Shown piece by piece: positions 20,566-33,657 of a stretch of 64,000 bases of DNA. The notes below the pieces were generated by a model that saw only the letters and a program-made list of their open reading frames with translations, was not told the DNA's origin and searched no databases. This DNA is from an uncultured delta proteobacterium (GTDB lineage Bacteria; Myxococcota_A; Polyangia; Haliangiales; Haliangiaceae), in contig CAVUQH010000003.1 in NCBI GenBank assembly GCA_963743525.1, forward strand, positions 32,001 to 96,000, in the 5' to 3' direction. Both the position numbers and the translations under genes were made by a program. Position 1 is the stretch's first letter. Every line of letters begins with the position of its first letter.

Positions 20566-22921
20566 ATGTCGCCGCCACGTCAACCCACGGCTCTCGGGCC
20601 TGTGCCGGCGCCGAGGGGCCCGTCCGCCGACGGGTCGGACGGCGCTGTTCGCTTCGACGAAGACGAGCGAACCACCGTCGATTCCGGACCGCCGCAACCG
20701 GGTCCGGATCTAGACGCGCGCTGGGAAGAGAAGACCCGGCGCGAGGGCAAAGGGGATCGCTCGCGCGCCATCCCGCGGCTGTCCACCGGCGACGACAGCG
20801 GCCAGGTGCTGCGCGATACCATCGACGCGGGCGACGAGGTCACGGTCAACGCCGGCCCGGACGACGACGAAGACGAGGTCACGGTCCGCGCCGACGAGCA
20901 CCTGCAGAAGCGACTCGCTGCCAGCCTCAGCGACACCGGCGGTGACTCCGAGGTCGGACAGACGTCGACGATGGACGGCACCATCGACGAGCCGACGGTC
21001 GACGAGCAGGCCAAGCCGCTGCCACCGCTTTCGGTGGTCCCCCCGATTCCGGCGGGCAAGCGCACACGACCGGCACTGCGCAAGCCGGCGCTGGCCAAAG
21101 GCCGACTCACCGTCGTGGCCGGCAACGACAGCGGTCGCGAGTTCGAGCTGACCGGCAAGACCGCGGTCATCGGCCGCGGTGTCGACTGCAACCTGGTGCT
21201 CACCGACATCGCGGTGTCGCGCCGGCACCTGGAGATCGAGTTCGACGGCCAGTTCTATCGGCTGCGCGACCTGGGCTCGGGTAACGGCACGCTGCTCAAC
21301 GACCGCGTCGAGGACGGTGTGTGCGAGCTCCGCCACGGCGACCGGATGGAGCTGGGCAACACCGTGATCCGCTTCGAGCATCCGGCGTCCAAGCCGGAGC
21401 CGGCCGCGGTCGGCTGGGGCGGTCAGGCCGACGTCGACGAAGAGGCCAGCACCATCGCCGGCCGCGGTCGATCCAGCGGAGCGGAAGGCGCGGCCAAGCT
21501 GCCGCCGCCTCGCCGCGTGCCACCTTCGGACGAAGCGGGACGCCGTCTCGTGCTGCCGCCGTCGCCACCGGGCGCGGTGCTGCCTGCCAACAGCCCGGCG
21601 GCGATGCGGCCGATTGCGGCCCGGCCCATCGGACCTCACCCGCGCGCAGCCGATCCGACGCTGCCGCCGATGGCCCATCCGGTGTCGATGCCGATGGGCG
21701 CGCAGGGACCGTCGTTCGGCGTGCCCGATCAGCGCAAGATGATCATCGGCATCATCTCGGCGACCATCGTCATCGTCGTCATCGCCATCGTCGCGACGTT
21801 GATCCGCGGCAGCGACGGCGAACAGGTGGCCACCAGCGAAGGTCCGGCGAGCGCGCAGTCCGCCGGACCACTGGCGGTCGAGCCGGTAGCCCACGAGATG
21901 CGCGACCCGCCGGCGATCAACACGGCGGCCAGGGAAGAACCGGCCGCAGCCGAAGCAACCCTGCCGCTGTTCAACCTGGGGCACCAACGAGGTGCTGCTG
22001 GCGTCGCGCGCCGGCGTGCCGGTGGCGGCGCTGCAGCGCGACGTCGCCCTACCCGCGCCGGACGCGACCCACGAGGACGAGCACCCGGCCGCCGACGACG
22101 AGGACGAGCCGGCCAAGAAGGGCGAACCGGTCAAGAAGGACGAACCGGTCAAGAAGAGCGAACCGACGCGCAAGCAGTCGCGGGCCAAGAGCCGCGCCAC
22201 CAGCCGCGCCCACGCGCGCAAGGCGCCGTCGCAGTCCACGCCCAAGCTCAAGCGCCGCGCGTCCAAGCGGCCGACGCGCACGGCGAGCCGGACCACCCGG
22301 CGAGCGTCGTCGCGCTCGTCGTCCAGCGCCTCGTCGGCGAAGAAGAAGGCCCTGGCGCTCTACCGCAAGAAAGACTTCAACGGCGCCGCCGCCGCCCTGC
22401 GCGACGCCGCCGGCAAACTGCCCGACGACGAGGCCGACAAGCTGCGCGCCGAGGCGACCAACTACGAGACCGTCGGCGTCAACCTGACGCGCGCCCAGGC
22501 CAGCGAGACCTCCAACCCGACCTCGTCGATGGCCGCCTACCGCCGCGCGCTCGCGCTGGACAAACGCGCCGGCGACGGCACCCACTCGGCCTACATCCGC
22601 ATCAAGCTGGGCCAGGTGGCGCCGCGCGCCGCCGCCTCGTACATGGCGCAGAAGAAGTACGAGCTGGCCAAGAAGGCCGCCGACGCCGCGGTCAACTACG
22701 GCGCCGGCTCGCAGCCGACGGTCCGGCGCGTGCGCGACGCGCTCGAGCGCAAGTCTGCCGACTTCTACAAGCAGGCGATCAGCATCAAGAAGAGCAACCC
22801 CAAGGGCGCCAAGTCGCTGCTCCGGCGGGTGCTGCACATCGTCCCGCCCGACAGCCCCTGGTACGCCAAGGCGTACAAGCTGCTCAACGCCCGCACCGGC
22901 CCGCGCGACGACGACGAGTAG
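20566..22921 (+). CDS. FHA-domain membrane protein with C-terminal helical/TPR-like region; +1 frameshift near 21970
   Basis: FHA motifs IGRG, VSRRH, DLGSGNGT; TM IIGIISATIVIVVIAIVATLI; removing one T at about 21970 joins the two frames (LPLSTWGTNEVLLA). Confidence 0.82.
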
Positions 22922-22927
22922 TACGAG

Positions 22928-23317
22928 CTACTCGCCCAGCAGCCGATCGATCGTCTCGTCGAGCTCGCGAAAGTCGAACGGCTTGTCGATCTTGGCGTCG
23001 ACGTCGTAGAGCGGCGCGGTCATCGAGCTCAATCCCTCGCCGATGGCGGTGAGCATGACGATCTTGATCGCCTCGAGCTCGGGATCGTGGCGGATCGACC
23101 GGGCGACCTCCCAGCCGGACATCTTGGGCATCATCACGTCGAGGATCACCAGGTGCGGCCGCTGCGCCCGCATCTGGTCCAGAGCAGCCTCGCCGTCGCC
23201 TGCCGTGAGCACGGTGAATCCGCGCTTGCTGAGCCGCGCAGACAGCATGCCGACGATACTGGGATCGTCGTTGACCACGAGGATCGTCGCGCTCCCCCCC
23301 GCCACCGTGCCTGCCAT
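22928..23317 (-). CDS. single-domain response regulator
   Basis: ILVVNDD, ILDVMMP, MLTA, IDKPF. Confidence 0.9.
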   Translation of the reverse strand: MAGTVAGGSATILVVNDDPSIVGMLSARLSKRGFTVLTAGDGEAALDQMRAQRPHLVILDVMMPKMSGWEVARSIRHDPELEAIKIVMLTAIGEGLSSMTAPLYDVDAKIDKPFDFRELDETIDRLLGE

Positions 23318-23380
23318 CTGCCCACGGTATGCCGCCCGTGGGACCCCGGTCAAGACGGGGCGTTGTGATAGAACCGGCCG

Positions 23381-24403
23381 GTGAAGCGAGCCTGGCGCCG
23401 TCTGCTCATCGGCATCATCGCCGGGGTGACCATCTTTGCCGGCTTCTCCATCTACGCCGACGTCGGCAAGCTCGGCGATCGTCTGCGCGGGTTCGGCTGG
23501 TGGGCCATGGGCGCTGCGCTGGGCCTGGCCCTGGCCAACTACGTCATCCGTTATTTTCGTTGGGCTCTGTACCTTCGTGTCGCCGGCATCGAGGTTCCAG
23601 CGCGGACCAGCGCACTAACGTTCCTGTCGGGGTTCGCCCTGGCAGTGACGCCGGGCAAGGTCGGCGAGCTCATCAAGAGCTTCCTGCTGCGCGAGACCTG
23701 CCAGGTGCCGATCACTCGCAGCGCGCCGGTGGTAATCGCCGAGCGCGTGACCGATCTGATCGCGCTGCTCGCGCTGGGCGTGGTCGGCGTCGCCATCTAC
23801 GGCATCGCCTCGAGCATGGTCATCGCCGGCGGCGTCGCGGTCGGTGCCGGGCTGCTGGTGCTGTCCTGGCCGGCGCTGGCCCACGCCATCATCCGACTCA
23901 TCGCCCGGCTGCCGCGCCTGCGCAACATGGCCGTGCGGATGCGCGAGCTATACGACGGCCTGGTCTACCTGGTCCGGCCGGACCGCCTGCTGTGGGGCAC
24001 GGCGCTGGGCGCGGTCGCGTGGATGGCCGAGTGTCTCGGCTTCACCTTGATCGTCTCGGCCTTTCCCGGCACTGACGTCCCCTGGGGCCTGGCCACCTTG
24101 ATCTACGCCACCACCACCATCGCCGGCGCGCTGTCGTTCCTGCCCGGCGGCCTGTTGGTGACCGAAGCGACCATGGCCCTGTTCCTGGTCGAGTCGTCGC
24201 GCGGGGTGGATCAGCCAACCGCGGTGGCGGCGACCATCCTCACCCGCCTGGCCACCCTGTGGTTCGCGGTGGTTCTGGGGCTGATAGCGCTGGCGGTCTT
24301 CCGCCGCCTGGCGCCGGGCGCAACCCGGGCGGTCGAGGCGGTCGCCCCGGACGCTCGGGCGGGCCAATCGGAGGCCCCCGCCGACCCGGCCGACGAGCCG
24401 TAA
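23381..24403 (+). CDS. lysylphosphatidylglycerol synthase TM / UPF0104 flippase-like membrane protein
   Basis: Multi-TM; TPGKVGE, ERVTD, LPGGL..TEA, R....W. Confidence 0.85.
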   Translation: MKRAWRRLLIGIIAGVTIFAGFSIYADVGKLGDRLRGFGWWAMGAALGLALANYVIRYFRWALYLRVAGIEVPARTSALTFLSGFALAVTPGKVGELIKSFLLRETCQVPITRSAPVVIAERVTDLIALLALGVVGVAIYGIASSMVIAGGVAVGAGLLVLSWPALAHAIIRLIARLPRLRNMAVRMRELYDGLVYLVRPDRLLWGTALGAVAWMAECLGFTLIVSAFPGTDVPWGLATLIYATTTIAGALSFLPGGLLVTEATMALFLVESSRGVDQPTAVAATILTRLATLWFAVVLGLIALAVFRRLAPGATRAVEAVAPDARAGQSEAPADPADEP

Positions 24404-24420
24404 ACGGCTATACTGCGCCC

Positions 24421-27098
<2,678 letters not shown>

Positions 27099-27101
27099 GC
27101 C

Positions 27102-30032
27102 GTGTCGATCTGGTCCCGCATCGAGCGCCGGCTGACCGATCTGGCCGGGGAGCTTCTGCCGGACGAGTTCCGCGAACAGGTTGACGAGGCCCGGCGGCTG
27201 CTCGACGGAGACAACGCGGCCGAAGCGGCCGAGAGCCTCGAAGCACTGGTCGCCGAGCGACCCGAGCACGCGGTCGCGCTGTCGCTGCTGGGGGCGGCGC
27301 GGCTCGAGCTCGGCGATCCGGTGGCGGCGCGGTCGGCCTTCGAGCGCGCCATCGCCGCCGATCCCGATCTGGCCGAAGCCCACGTCGGACGAGGCGAATC
27401 GGCCGCGGCCGAAGGAGACGACGATACCGCGGTCGCGGCCTATCGCACCGCCATCGGCGCGGCCGGCGGGGATCGCGGCGTGTTGCACGCGGCCTACCGC
27501 GGGCTCGGCGGCGTCTACCGGCGCAGCGGTGACATCGACAAGGCGATCCGCGAGCTGCGCAAAGCCGTGGCCGAGTCGCCGCGCGACGGCGTGGCGCTGG
27601 GCGGGCTGGGCGAGGCGCTCCTCGCCGACCCGGACGTCACTGATGAAGAAGCCGAGCGCTACCTGGCGCGGGCCGCGGACGCCGAGGTGACCGCGCCCAT
27701 CACCTGGCTCGGGCTCGGTGACCTGGCGCTGCGCAACGGCGACGCCGGTGCCGCCGGCGTGCACTACGAAAAGGCGCTGGCACTGGCGACCACCGACGTG
27801 ATGGCCGGATCGCCGACGCGGCGCGGCGAGCGGCTGCGCGCGCTGTGCGGCCTGGGCGACGCGGCCCTGGCAGCCGGCGACGCCGCCGCCGCGCACCGCC
27901 GCTACCTCGAAGCGCTCGAGCTCGACGCGCGCCGTGCCGATGTTCACGCGCGAGTGGCCGAAGCGCACCGGCGGGTGGGCGACCGCGACGCGGCGATCGC
28001 CTCCTACGAGCGCGCTCTGCAGCTGGGCGCCGGCGACGACGTGCTGCGCGCGGCCCTCGACACCGCCATCGAAGCGCGCGCGGTCGCCGCGGCCGTCGAT
28101 CTGGCCAACCGCGTGTTGGCGCGCGACCCCGACGACCCGCGGGCGCTGGTCGCGCGCGGCATCGCCCTGGCCGAGGACGGCCGGGTCGAGCCGGCGCGCG
28201 CCACCTTTCGTGCCGCGCTGGCCCGGGGCGACGACGCCCAGGCGCGCCTGGCGCTGGCGCGGCTCGAGCTCGACAGCTCACCCACGCGCGACGCCGGCAA
28301 CAGCGCCGCCGCCGAGGCACTTGCCGCCCTGCGCATCGACCCGGGCAGCGAGCGCGGCCGCGCGCTCCTGGCCGAGGCCCGGGAGCGTGCGCTGGCGCGG
28401 CCCGGAGAGGCGTCGGCCGGCGACCGCGACGCGGCCCTGTACCGATTGATCACCGAGCTACAGGAGCTGTCGGTGCGCAGCCGCGAGCTGGGCTCGCTCG
28501 CCGCCGACGGCGCCCGGGCGGCGACCGACTTCGACCAGCCGCTGCTGGTCACGGTGATGGGCGAGTTCTCCAGCGGCAAGTCGACCTTCGTCAACGCGTT
28601 CATCGGCGACGACGTCGCGCCGACCGGCATCACGCCGACCACCGCGACGATCAACGTCGTCAAATACGGTCGCGAGCGCGGCGGCCGTATCCACTACCGC
28701 GACGGCCGCACCGAGGCGCTGGGCTGGGACGAGCTGATGACGGCGCTGCGCGCCCTCGACGCCCACAGCACCCGTGAAGTCCGACTGGTCGAGATCCTGG
28801 TGCCGCTGGCGGCGCTCGAGCGGATCAACATCGTCGATACCCCGGGCCTCAACTCGATCTTGCCCGAGCACGAGGAGGTCGCGCGCGGCTTCATCGCCCG
28901 CGCCGACGCCGTGGTCTGGCTGTTCACGGCCAACCAGGCGGGCAAGAAGTCGGAGAAGGCTGCGCTCGAGCGCATCCGCGTCGAGGGCGTGCGCGTCCTC
29001 GGCGTGCTCAACAAGATCGATCAGCTGGCCGCGGGCGAGCTCGACCAGGTCGTCAACTACGTCCGCGGCGAGCTGTCGGGCCTGGTCGAGGCGGTGGTTC
29101 CGCTGTCGGCGCGACAGGCGGCGCTGGCGCGCAGCGATCACGCTGGCGACGCCGGCGACGGCGGCTGGGCGGCGCTGGAGTCCGATCTGGAGGAGCGCTT
29201 CTTCGCCCGCGCCCGCGACATCAAGCGCGAGGTCGCGGCCCGACGCCTGGGCGTGTTGGTCGACCGCGCCCGCCGCACGGTCAGCGAGCGGCGCGATCGC
29301 GCGCGTACCGTCGCGACTGCGCTGGTGGGCGGCGCAGCGACCGTCGGCGACGCCGCCGAGCGCTTCGGCGACGAAATCGCAATCCGCGAGCGACGCGCGC
29401 TGACCGGCCAGGTCGCCGAGCTCTACCGCCGCGCCGCGCGCGAGGTGCTCGAGCTGGTTCGGCCGCGGCGCCTGCCGTTCGGCTCGCACAGCGCGACCGA
29501 GGCGGATCGCGACTACCTGGTATCGCTGCTCCACGCCGGATACGAATCGGCGCTCGAGCACAGCCGGCGCGGTGTGGTCGCCGATCTGCGCGCCCGCGGC
29601 GGCGACGCGGTCACCGAGATCGCGCGGGCCGCCGACGTCATCGGCGCCGACGCCGCCAGCGACCTGGCGCGCACCGTCGACGACGCCGTGCGCCTGGTCG
29701 AGGCGCAGGTGTTCGCGCGCTGCCTGGCCTACGTCGGGGGCTTCCTGCGCGGCGGCTTCGTCAACAGCTTCTTCCGCGGTGAGCTGCCCAAGATCGAGCT
29801 CAGCGAGGACGCCGTGTTCCACGCCCTGTTCCGCGACTCGCCCGATCTCGACACCCAGATCGCCGAGCCGCTGGCCCGCGCCGGCCGCGGAGCGCTGGCG
29901 TCGCTGGCCGATCGCCTGCGCCATTACGGCGACGTCGCCGACGTCCTGGCCTACGACATCGAGGTCGGCGAGGTCCGCGCCATCGACGCCATCGACGCCC
30001 GGCGGGTGGAGCTGGCCGGGTCGTCGTCATGA
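27102..30032 (+). CDS. TPR-repeat / dynamin-like GTPase fusion
   Basis: About 470 aa of TPR-like helical repeats, then GEFSSGKS, PTT, DTPGLN, NKID, PLSAR. Confidence 0.9.
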   Translation: MSIWSRIERRLTDLAGELLPDEFREQVDEARRLLDGDNAAEAAESLEALVAERPEHAVALSLLGAARLELGDPVAARSAFERAIAADPDLAEAHVGRGESAAAEGDDDTAVAAYRTAIGAAGGDRGVLHAAYRGLGGVYRRSGDIDKAIRELRKAVAESPRDGVALGGLGEALLADPDVTDEEAERYLARAADAEVTAPITWLGLGDLALRNGDAGAAGVHYEKALALATTDVMAGSPTRRGERLRALCGLGDAALAAGDAAAAHRRYLEALELDARRADVHARVAEAHRRVGDRDAAIASYERALQLGAGDDVLRAALDTAIEARAVAAAVDLANRVLARDPDDPRALVARGIALAEDGRVEPARATFRAALARGDDAQARLALARLELDSSPTRDAGNSAAAEALAALRIDPGSERGRALLAEARERALARPGEASAGDRDAALYRLITELQELSVRSRELGSLAADGARAATDFDQPLLVTVMGEFSSGKSTFVNAFIGDDVAPTGITPTTATINVVKYGRERGGRIHYRDGRTEALGWDELMTALRALDAHSTREVRLVEILVPLAALERINIVDTPGLNSILPEHEEVARGFIARADAVVWLFTANQAGKKSEKAALERIRVEGVRVLGVLNKIDQLAAGELDQVVNYVRGELSGLVEAVVPLSARQAALARSDHAGDAGDGGWAALESDLEERFFARARDIKREVAARRLGVLVDRARRTVSERRDRARTVATALVGGAATVGDAAERFGDEIAIRERRALTGQVAELYRRAAREVLELVRPRRLPFGSHSATEADRDYLVSLLHAGYESALEHSRRGVVADLRARGGDAVTEIARAADVIGADAASDLARTVDDAVRLVEAQVFARCLAYVGGFLRGGFVNSFFRGELPKIELSEDAVFHALFRDSPDLDTQIAEPLARAGRGALASLADRLRHYGDVADVLAYDIEVGEVRAIDAIDARRVELAGSSS

Positions 30033-30052
30033 CCGGACTGTAGGTTCGAGCG

Positions 30053-30754
30053 GTGAGAGACAAACACACCCTGGGCATCGACGAGGCCGGCCGCGGACCG
30101 GCGATCGGTCCGATGGTGATGGCCGCGGTCTGTCTCGACACCCGCGCCGCCCGCGCGCTGACCCGCGCCGGCCTGGCCGATTCGAAGAGTTACGGCGCCG
30201 GCGAGCGCGCACGCGCGATCCGCGCCGAGCTGGCCGGCAAGGTCCGCGCCCGCGCGCTGCACGTGCAGGTCCGGGTCATCGACGTGTCGGTGATCGATCG
30301 GCGCGTGGCCCGCTCGGAGCTCAATGCGCTGGAGCGCGAGGTCGCCGAGCAGTTCATCAACGAGGCGCCGGCGGTCGATCGCGTGGTCGCCGACGGCAAG
30401 GTGATGTTCGCCAACCTGGCCGCGCGCTACCAGCACATGGAAGCCTGCAACGACGGCGAGTCGCGCCACGCCGCGGTGGCAGCCGCGTCGGTGCTGGCCA
30501 AGGTCCGTCGCGATCAGATCTTCGAGCGCATCTGCGCCCGCTACGCGCCGGAGTTCGGCGAGGTCCGCGGCGGCGGCTACGTCAACGAGGCGACGCGCCG
30601 CTTCCTTCGCGCCTTCGCCGAACGCCACCGCTGCCTGCCACCCGAGGCGCGCCGGTCGTGGCCGCACCCGTACCTGTGCGACATCCTCGGGCCGGACTTC
30701 GACCCGTTCGCCGACTGCCCCGACGACCGCGCCGGCCAGCTGTCGCTGCTCTGA
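30053..30754 (+). CDS. rnhB: ribonuclease HII (archaeal/eukaryotic-like signature)
   Basis: GIDEAGRGPAIGPMV, DSK, VADG, VAAASVLAKVRRD, GGGY, RRSW. Confidence 0.9.
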   Translation: MRDKHTLGIDEAGRGPAIGPMVMAAVCLDTRAARALTRAGLADSKSYGAGERARAIRAELAGKVRARALHVQVRVIDVSVIDRRVARSELNALEREVAEQFINEAPAVDRVVADGKVMFANLAARYQHMEACNDGESRHAAVAAASVLAKVRRDQIFERICARYAPEFGEVRGGGYVNEATRRFLRAFAERHRCLPPEARRSWPHPYLCDILGPDFDPFADCPDDRAGQLSLL

Positions 30755-30761
30755 CGCCAGC

Positions 30762-31958
30762 CTACTTCTTCGCCGGCGCCGCCCGGCAGGCGGCGAGCCG
30801 CTTGTCGGTGGCGAAGACCTTGGCGTAATAGGTGGCGTCGAGGCTGCGAATCCGCTCGCCCAGCGAGCGAACGGCTTCACACTCGCCGTCCTTGGCCGCC
30901 TGCACCGCCCGGGCAAACAGGTCCTGCACCATCACGCTCTTCTCCGCGCTCTTGTCGGCCGGCTTCTGCTTCTCCCTGGCCGGCGCCTTCTTCTTGGTCG
31001 TGGGTGCCGGCTTGGCCTCGGCCGGTGGTGGCGGCGGTGCCTGCGGCATCTGCGCCGGGGCGGCCGCGCCCTGGTCGTAATCCTCGGCGTCGATCATCGG
31101 CGAGTCGGACGCGCTTCCCTTGACCCCGCCGGGGCCGCGGGCAGCGCCATCGGACGACGCCTTGGTCGAGTCGGCCTTGCCGGCAGCGCCGTAGCTCCCG
31201 CCGCCCATGCTGCCGGTCGCGGTGGTGCCCTGCGCGCGCGTGGACGACGACGACGACCGGTGCGCAGCCGGGGTCCTGGTCTGGACCTTCTGGTCCTTGG
31301 CCTCCTCGGCCGGCTCCGGCGCGGCCTTCGGCACCAGGTCGATCTCGCCCTCGTCGAGTCGCGCACCGCGGCCGACCTGGTCGCCGGCCGCCGCGTTGGG
31401 ATCGTTGTCCGACTCTCCGCCGACGACCGGCGATTCGGTCGCGGCCGGGGGCTCGGCGCTCGTGGCCTCGTCGGGTGTGGTCGGCTGCAGCTGCTCGTTC
31501 ATCGGCGCCAGCGCCTTTTCCGACGGCTCGGTGGCGCGGAAGCCGCCCGACACGTACAGCGCGCCGGCGATACCGGCCACCAGCACCAACATGGTCACCG
31601 CCGCCAGCGCCGGGCTTGCAACCAGCGGACGGAAGAGGCCGAACAGCTTGGCCAGAATGCCCCCGCCCCCCGCGGCGGCCGCGGCAGTCGCCGCGCTGCC
31701 CCTGGACGGAGCCGCCTCGGCGGCGGCGTGGAGCAAGCGCGCGCTGACGGCCTGTGGCGGATCCTCGTCGGGCAGCTCGCGCAGCAGCGCGCGCACGCTG
31801 CGGAAGCCGTCGAGCTCATCGACCCGCTCCGGCTGCGCGCTCACGCGAGCCTGCGCTCGCTCGGCGGCGTCGCCGTCGAGCTCTCCGTACAGGAGATCGA
31901 GCACGAGGAGCTCCTCGGCCGTCGGCTCGCGCGCCTCTATGTCCTTGGATTCGGCCAC
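30762..31958 (-). CDS. putative transmembrane anti-sigma factor
   Basis: Lies directly downstream of the ECF sigma; N-terminal LDLLYGELD anti-sigma-like segment, one TM, low-complexity extracytoplasmic part. Confidence 0.75.
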   Translation of the reverse strand: MAESKDIEAREPTAEELLVLDLLYGELDGDAAERAQARVSAQPERVDELDGFRSVRALLRELPDEDPPQAVSARLLHAAAEAAPSRGSAATAAAAAGGGGILAKLFGLFRPLVASPALAAVTMLVLVAGIAGALYVSGGFRATEPSEKALAPMNEQLQPTTPDEATSAEPPAATESPVVGGESDNDPNAAAGDQVGRGARLDEGEIDLVPKAAPEPAEEAKDQKVQTRTPAAHRSSSSSTRAQGTTATGSMGGGSYGAAGKADSTKASSDGAARGPGGVKGSASDSPMIDAEDYDQGAAAPAQMPQAPPPPPAEAKPAPTTKKKAPAREKQKPADKSAEKSVMVQDLFARAVQAAKDGECEAVRSLGERIRSLDATYYAKVFATDKRLAACRAAPAKK

Positions 31959-31972
31959 GTACTGCTACCGCG

Positions 31973-32668
31973 TCAGGGCAAAGCTTTCGCCATGTCCTTG
32001 TATTCGTCGAGCTCGAGCCGCAATTTCTCCAGCGCGTAGCGCATACGGCTCTTCACGGTGTTTTCGGGCACGCCGACCACGTCGGCGATCTGCTTGAACG
32101 GCATGTCGAGGAACTCGCGCATGAGGAACACCTCCCGCTGCTCCTCCGACAACGTGGCAATCGCCCGGTGGAGGGTCTGGTGGAGCTGGTTGCTCACTGC
32201 TTTGCGATCCGTCGCCATGTCGTCGCCCGGCACTACATCGAGCAGAGTTCCGCTGTTGTCGGCGTCGCCGGCTCTCATCGGCGCGTCGAGTGACTGTGCT
32301 CTCCGGTGTTTTTGCCGCCTGGAATTGTCAACGCACAGGTTGCGCGCAATGGTGTAAAGCCAGGTCGTGAACTTGGCTTTTCGCTGGTAGTTCTGCGCGC
32401 CCTTGATGACGCGCAGGAACGTCTCCTGCAGCAGATCCTCCGCGCGTTCGCGGGATCCGACGAAGCGCAGGATGAAATTGAAGACCGGCTTCCGGTGCCG
32501 GGTCAGCAAGATCTCGAAGGATCGGACGTCGCCCTTCTGGTAGAGCAACATCAGATCTTCATCGGCTTGGTCGCGCGACGTCACGGGCGTTTTCGGGCCC
32601 TGACGGCCCTTCCCTGGCGAATTTCGGCGCGCATGCTGATGAAGATTGGCCGTCGGCGGATGCGCCAT
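31973..32668 (-). CDS. ECF RNA polymerase sigma factor
   Basis: AEDLLQETF, FTTWLYTIARN, QREVFLMRE, IA......NTVKSRMRYA; start uncertain (32668 or 32584). Confidence 0.93.
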   Translation of the reverse strand: MAHPPTANLHQHARRNSPGKGRQGPKTPVTSRDQADEDLMLLYQKGDVRSFEILLTRHRKPVFNFILRFVGSRERAEDLLQETFLRVIKGAQNYQRKAKFTTWLYTIARNLCVDNSRRQKHRRAQSLDAPMRAGDADNSGTLLDVVPGDDMATDRKAVSNQLHQTLHRAIATLSEEQREVFLMREFLDMPFKQIADVVGVPENTVKSRMRYALEKLRLELDEYKDMAKALP

Positions 32669-32817
32669 TGACAGTACCCCATCGGTTCGGCTGCAGGCAA
32701 ACCACGCGAGGACGCAGGCCGGCGCAGCCCACGTCCCCACCTTGGACCCGTGCAGCCAGATAACGCTTGGGGCCGGCGTTGATTTCACCCGCGATCCGGG
32801 CCCGCGGGCAACCGGCC

Positions 32818-33657
32818 CTATCGGTGCTGACACCGCGGGCAGAAGAAAGTTGCCCGCCCGTCGTGAACGGCACGGGAGATTCGACCGTTACAGCCGCGAC
32901 GAGGGCACGGCTCGCCGTCGCGGCCGTACACCCATAGATAATGAGCGTGCTCACCGGCATTGCCGTCGGCGTCGACGAAGTCGCGCAGACTGGTTCCGCC
33001 GTGATCGAGCGCGCGATCCAGCACCTCGCGCACCGCGAGCGCCAGTTGGTCGGCGCGCGGGCGGCTGAGGCGATGGGCGCGGAGTGACGGGCGGATCCCG
33101 GCCTGCCACAACGCCTCCGAGGCGTAGATGTTGCCGACGCCGGCGATCACCTGCTGATCGAGGAGCAGCGCCTTGAGGGTGCGGCGGCTGCGCCGGGCGG
33201 CGACGTGCAGGCGGGCCCCGTCCACGGTGTCGACCAGCGGATCCGGGCCCAGCTTGGCCAGCGATGGATGCTCCCGTTCGCGCCCCCTCTCCAGGGTCGA
33301 GACCAGCCCGAACCTGCGGGGATCACTGAAGCGGAGCTCGCGGTCGCCCATCCGCCAGACGACGTGGGTGTGGTCGGCGCGGGGCGCCTTGCGGTCGAAG
33401 AGGCGCAACCGGCCGCTCATCCCCAGGTGCACCAACACGGTGCCATGGGCGCGGCCATCGAAGTCGAGCAGCAGGTATTTGCCCAGGCGCCGGACCCCTT
33501 CGAGCGTGTGGCCCCGCGAGACGCGGGTCAGCGCCGGCACGTCGATCGGCCGGTTGAGCCGCAGCGGCAGGCCGCTGGTCCAGACCGAGGTCACCCGGCT
33601 GCCAATCGCCGGGGCCAGCGTCAGCCTGACCGTCTCGACTTCGGGCAGCTCGGGCAT
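32818..33657 (-). CDS. mutM: formamidopyrimidine-DNA glycosylase
   Basis: MPELPEVET, RLGKY, HLGMSG, GVGNIYASE, C-terminal zinc finger. Confidence 0.97.
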   Translation of the reverse strand: MPELPEVETVRLTLAPAIGSRVTSVWTSGLPLRLNRPIDVPALTRVSRGHTLEGVRRLGKYLLLDFDGRAHGTVLVHLGMSGRLRLFDRKAPRADHTHVVWRMGDRELRFSDPRRFGLVSTLERGREREHPSLAKLGPDPLVDTVDGARLHVAARRSRRTLKALLLDQQVIAGVGNIYASEALWQAGIRPSLRAHRLSRPRADQLALAVREVLDRALDHGGTSLRDFVDADGNAGEHAHYLWVYGRDGEPCPRRGCNGRISRAVHDGRATFFCPRCQHR

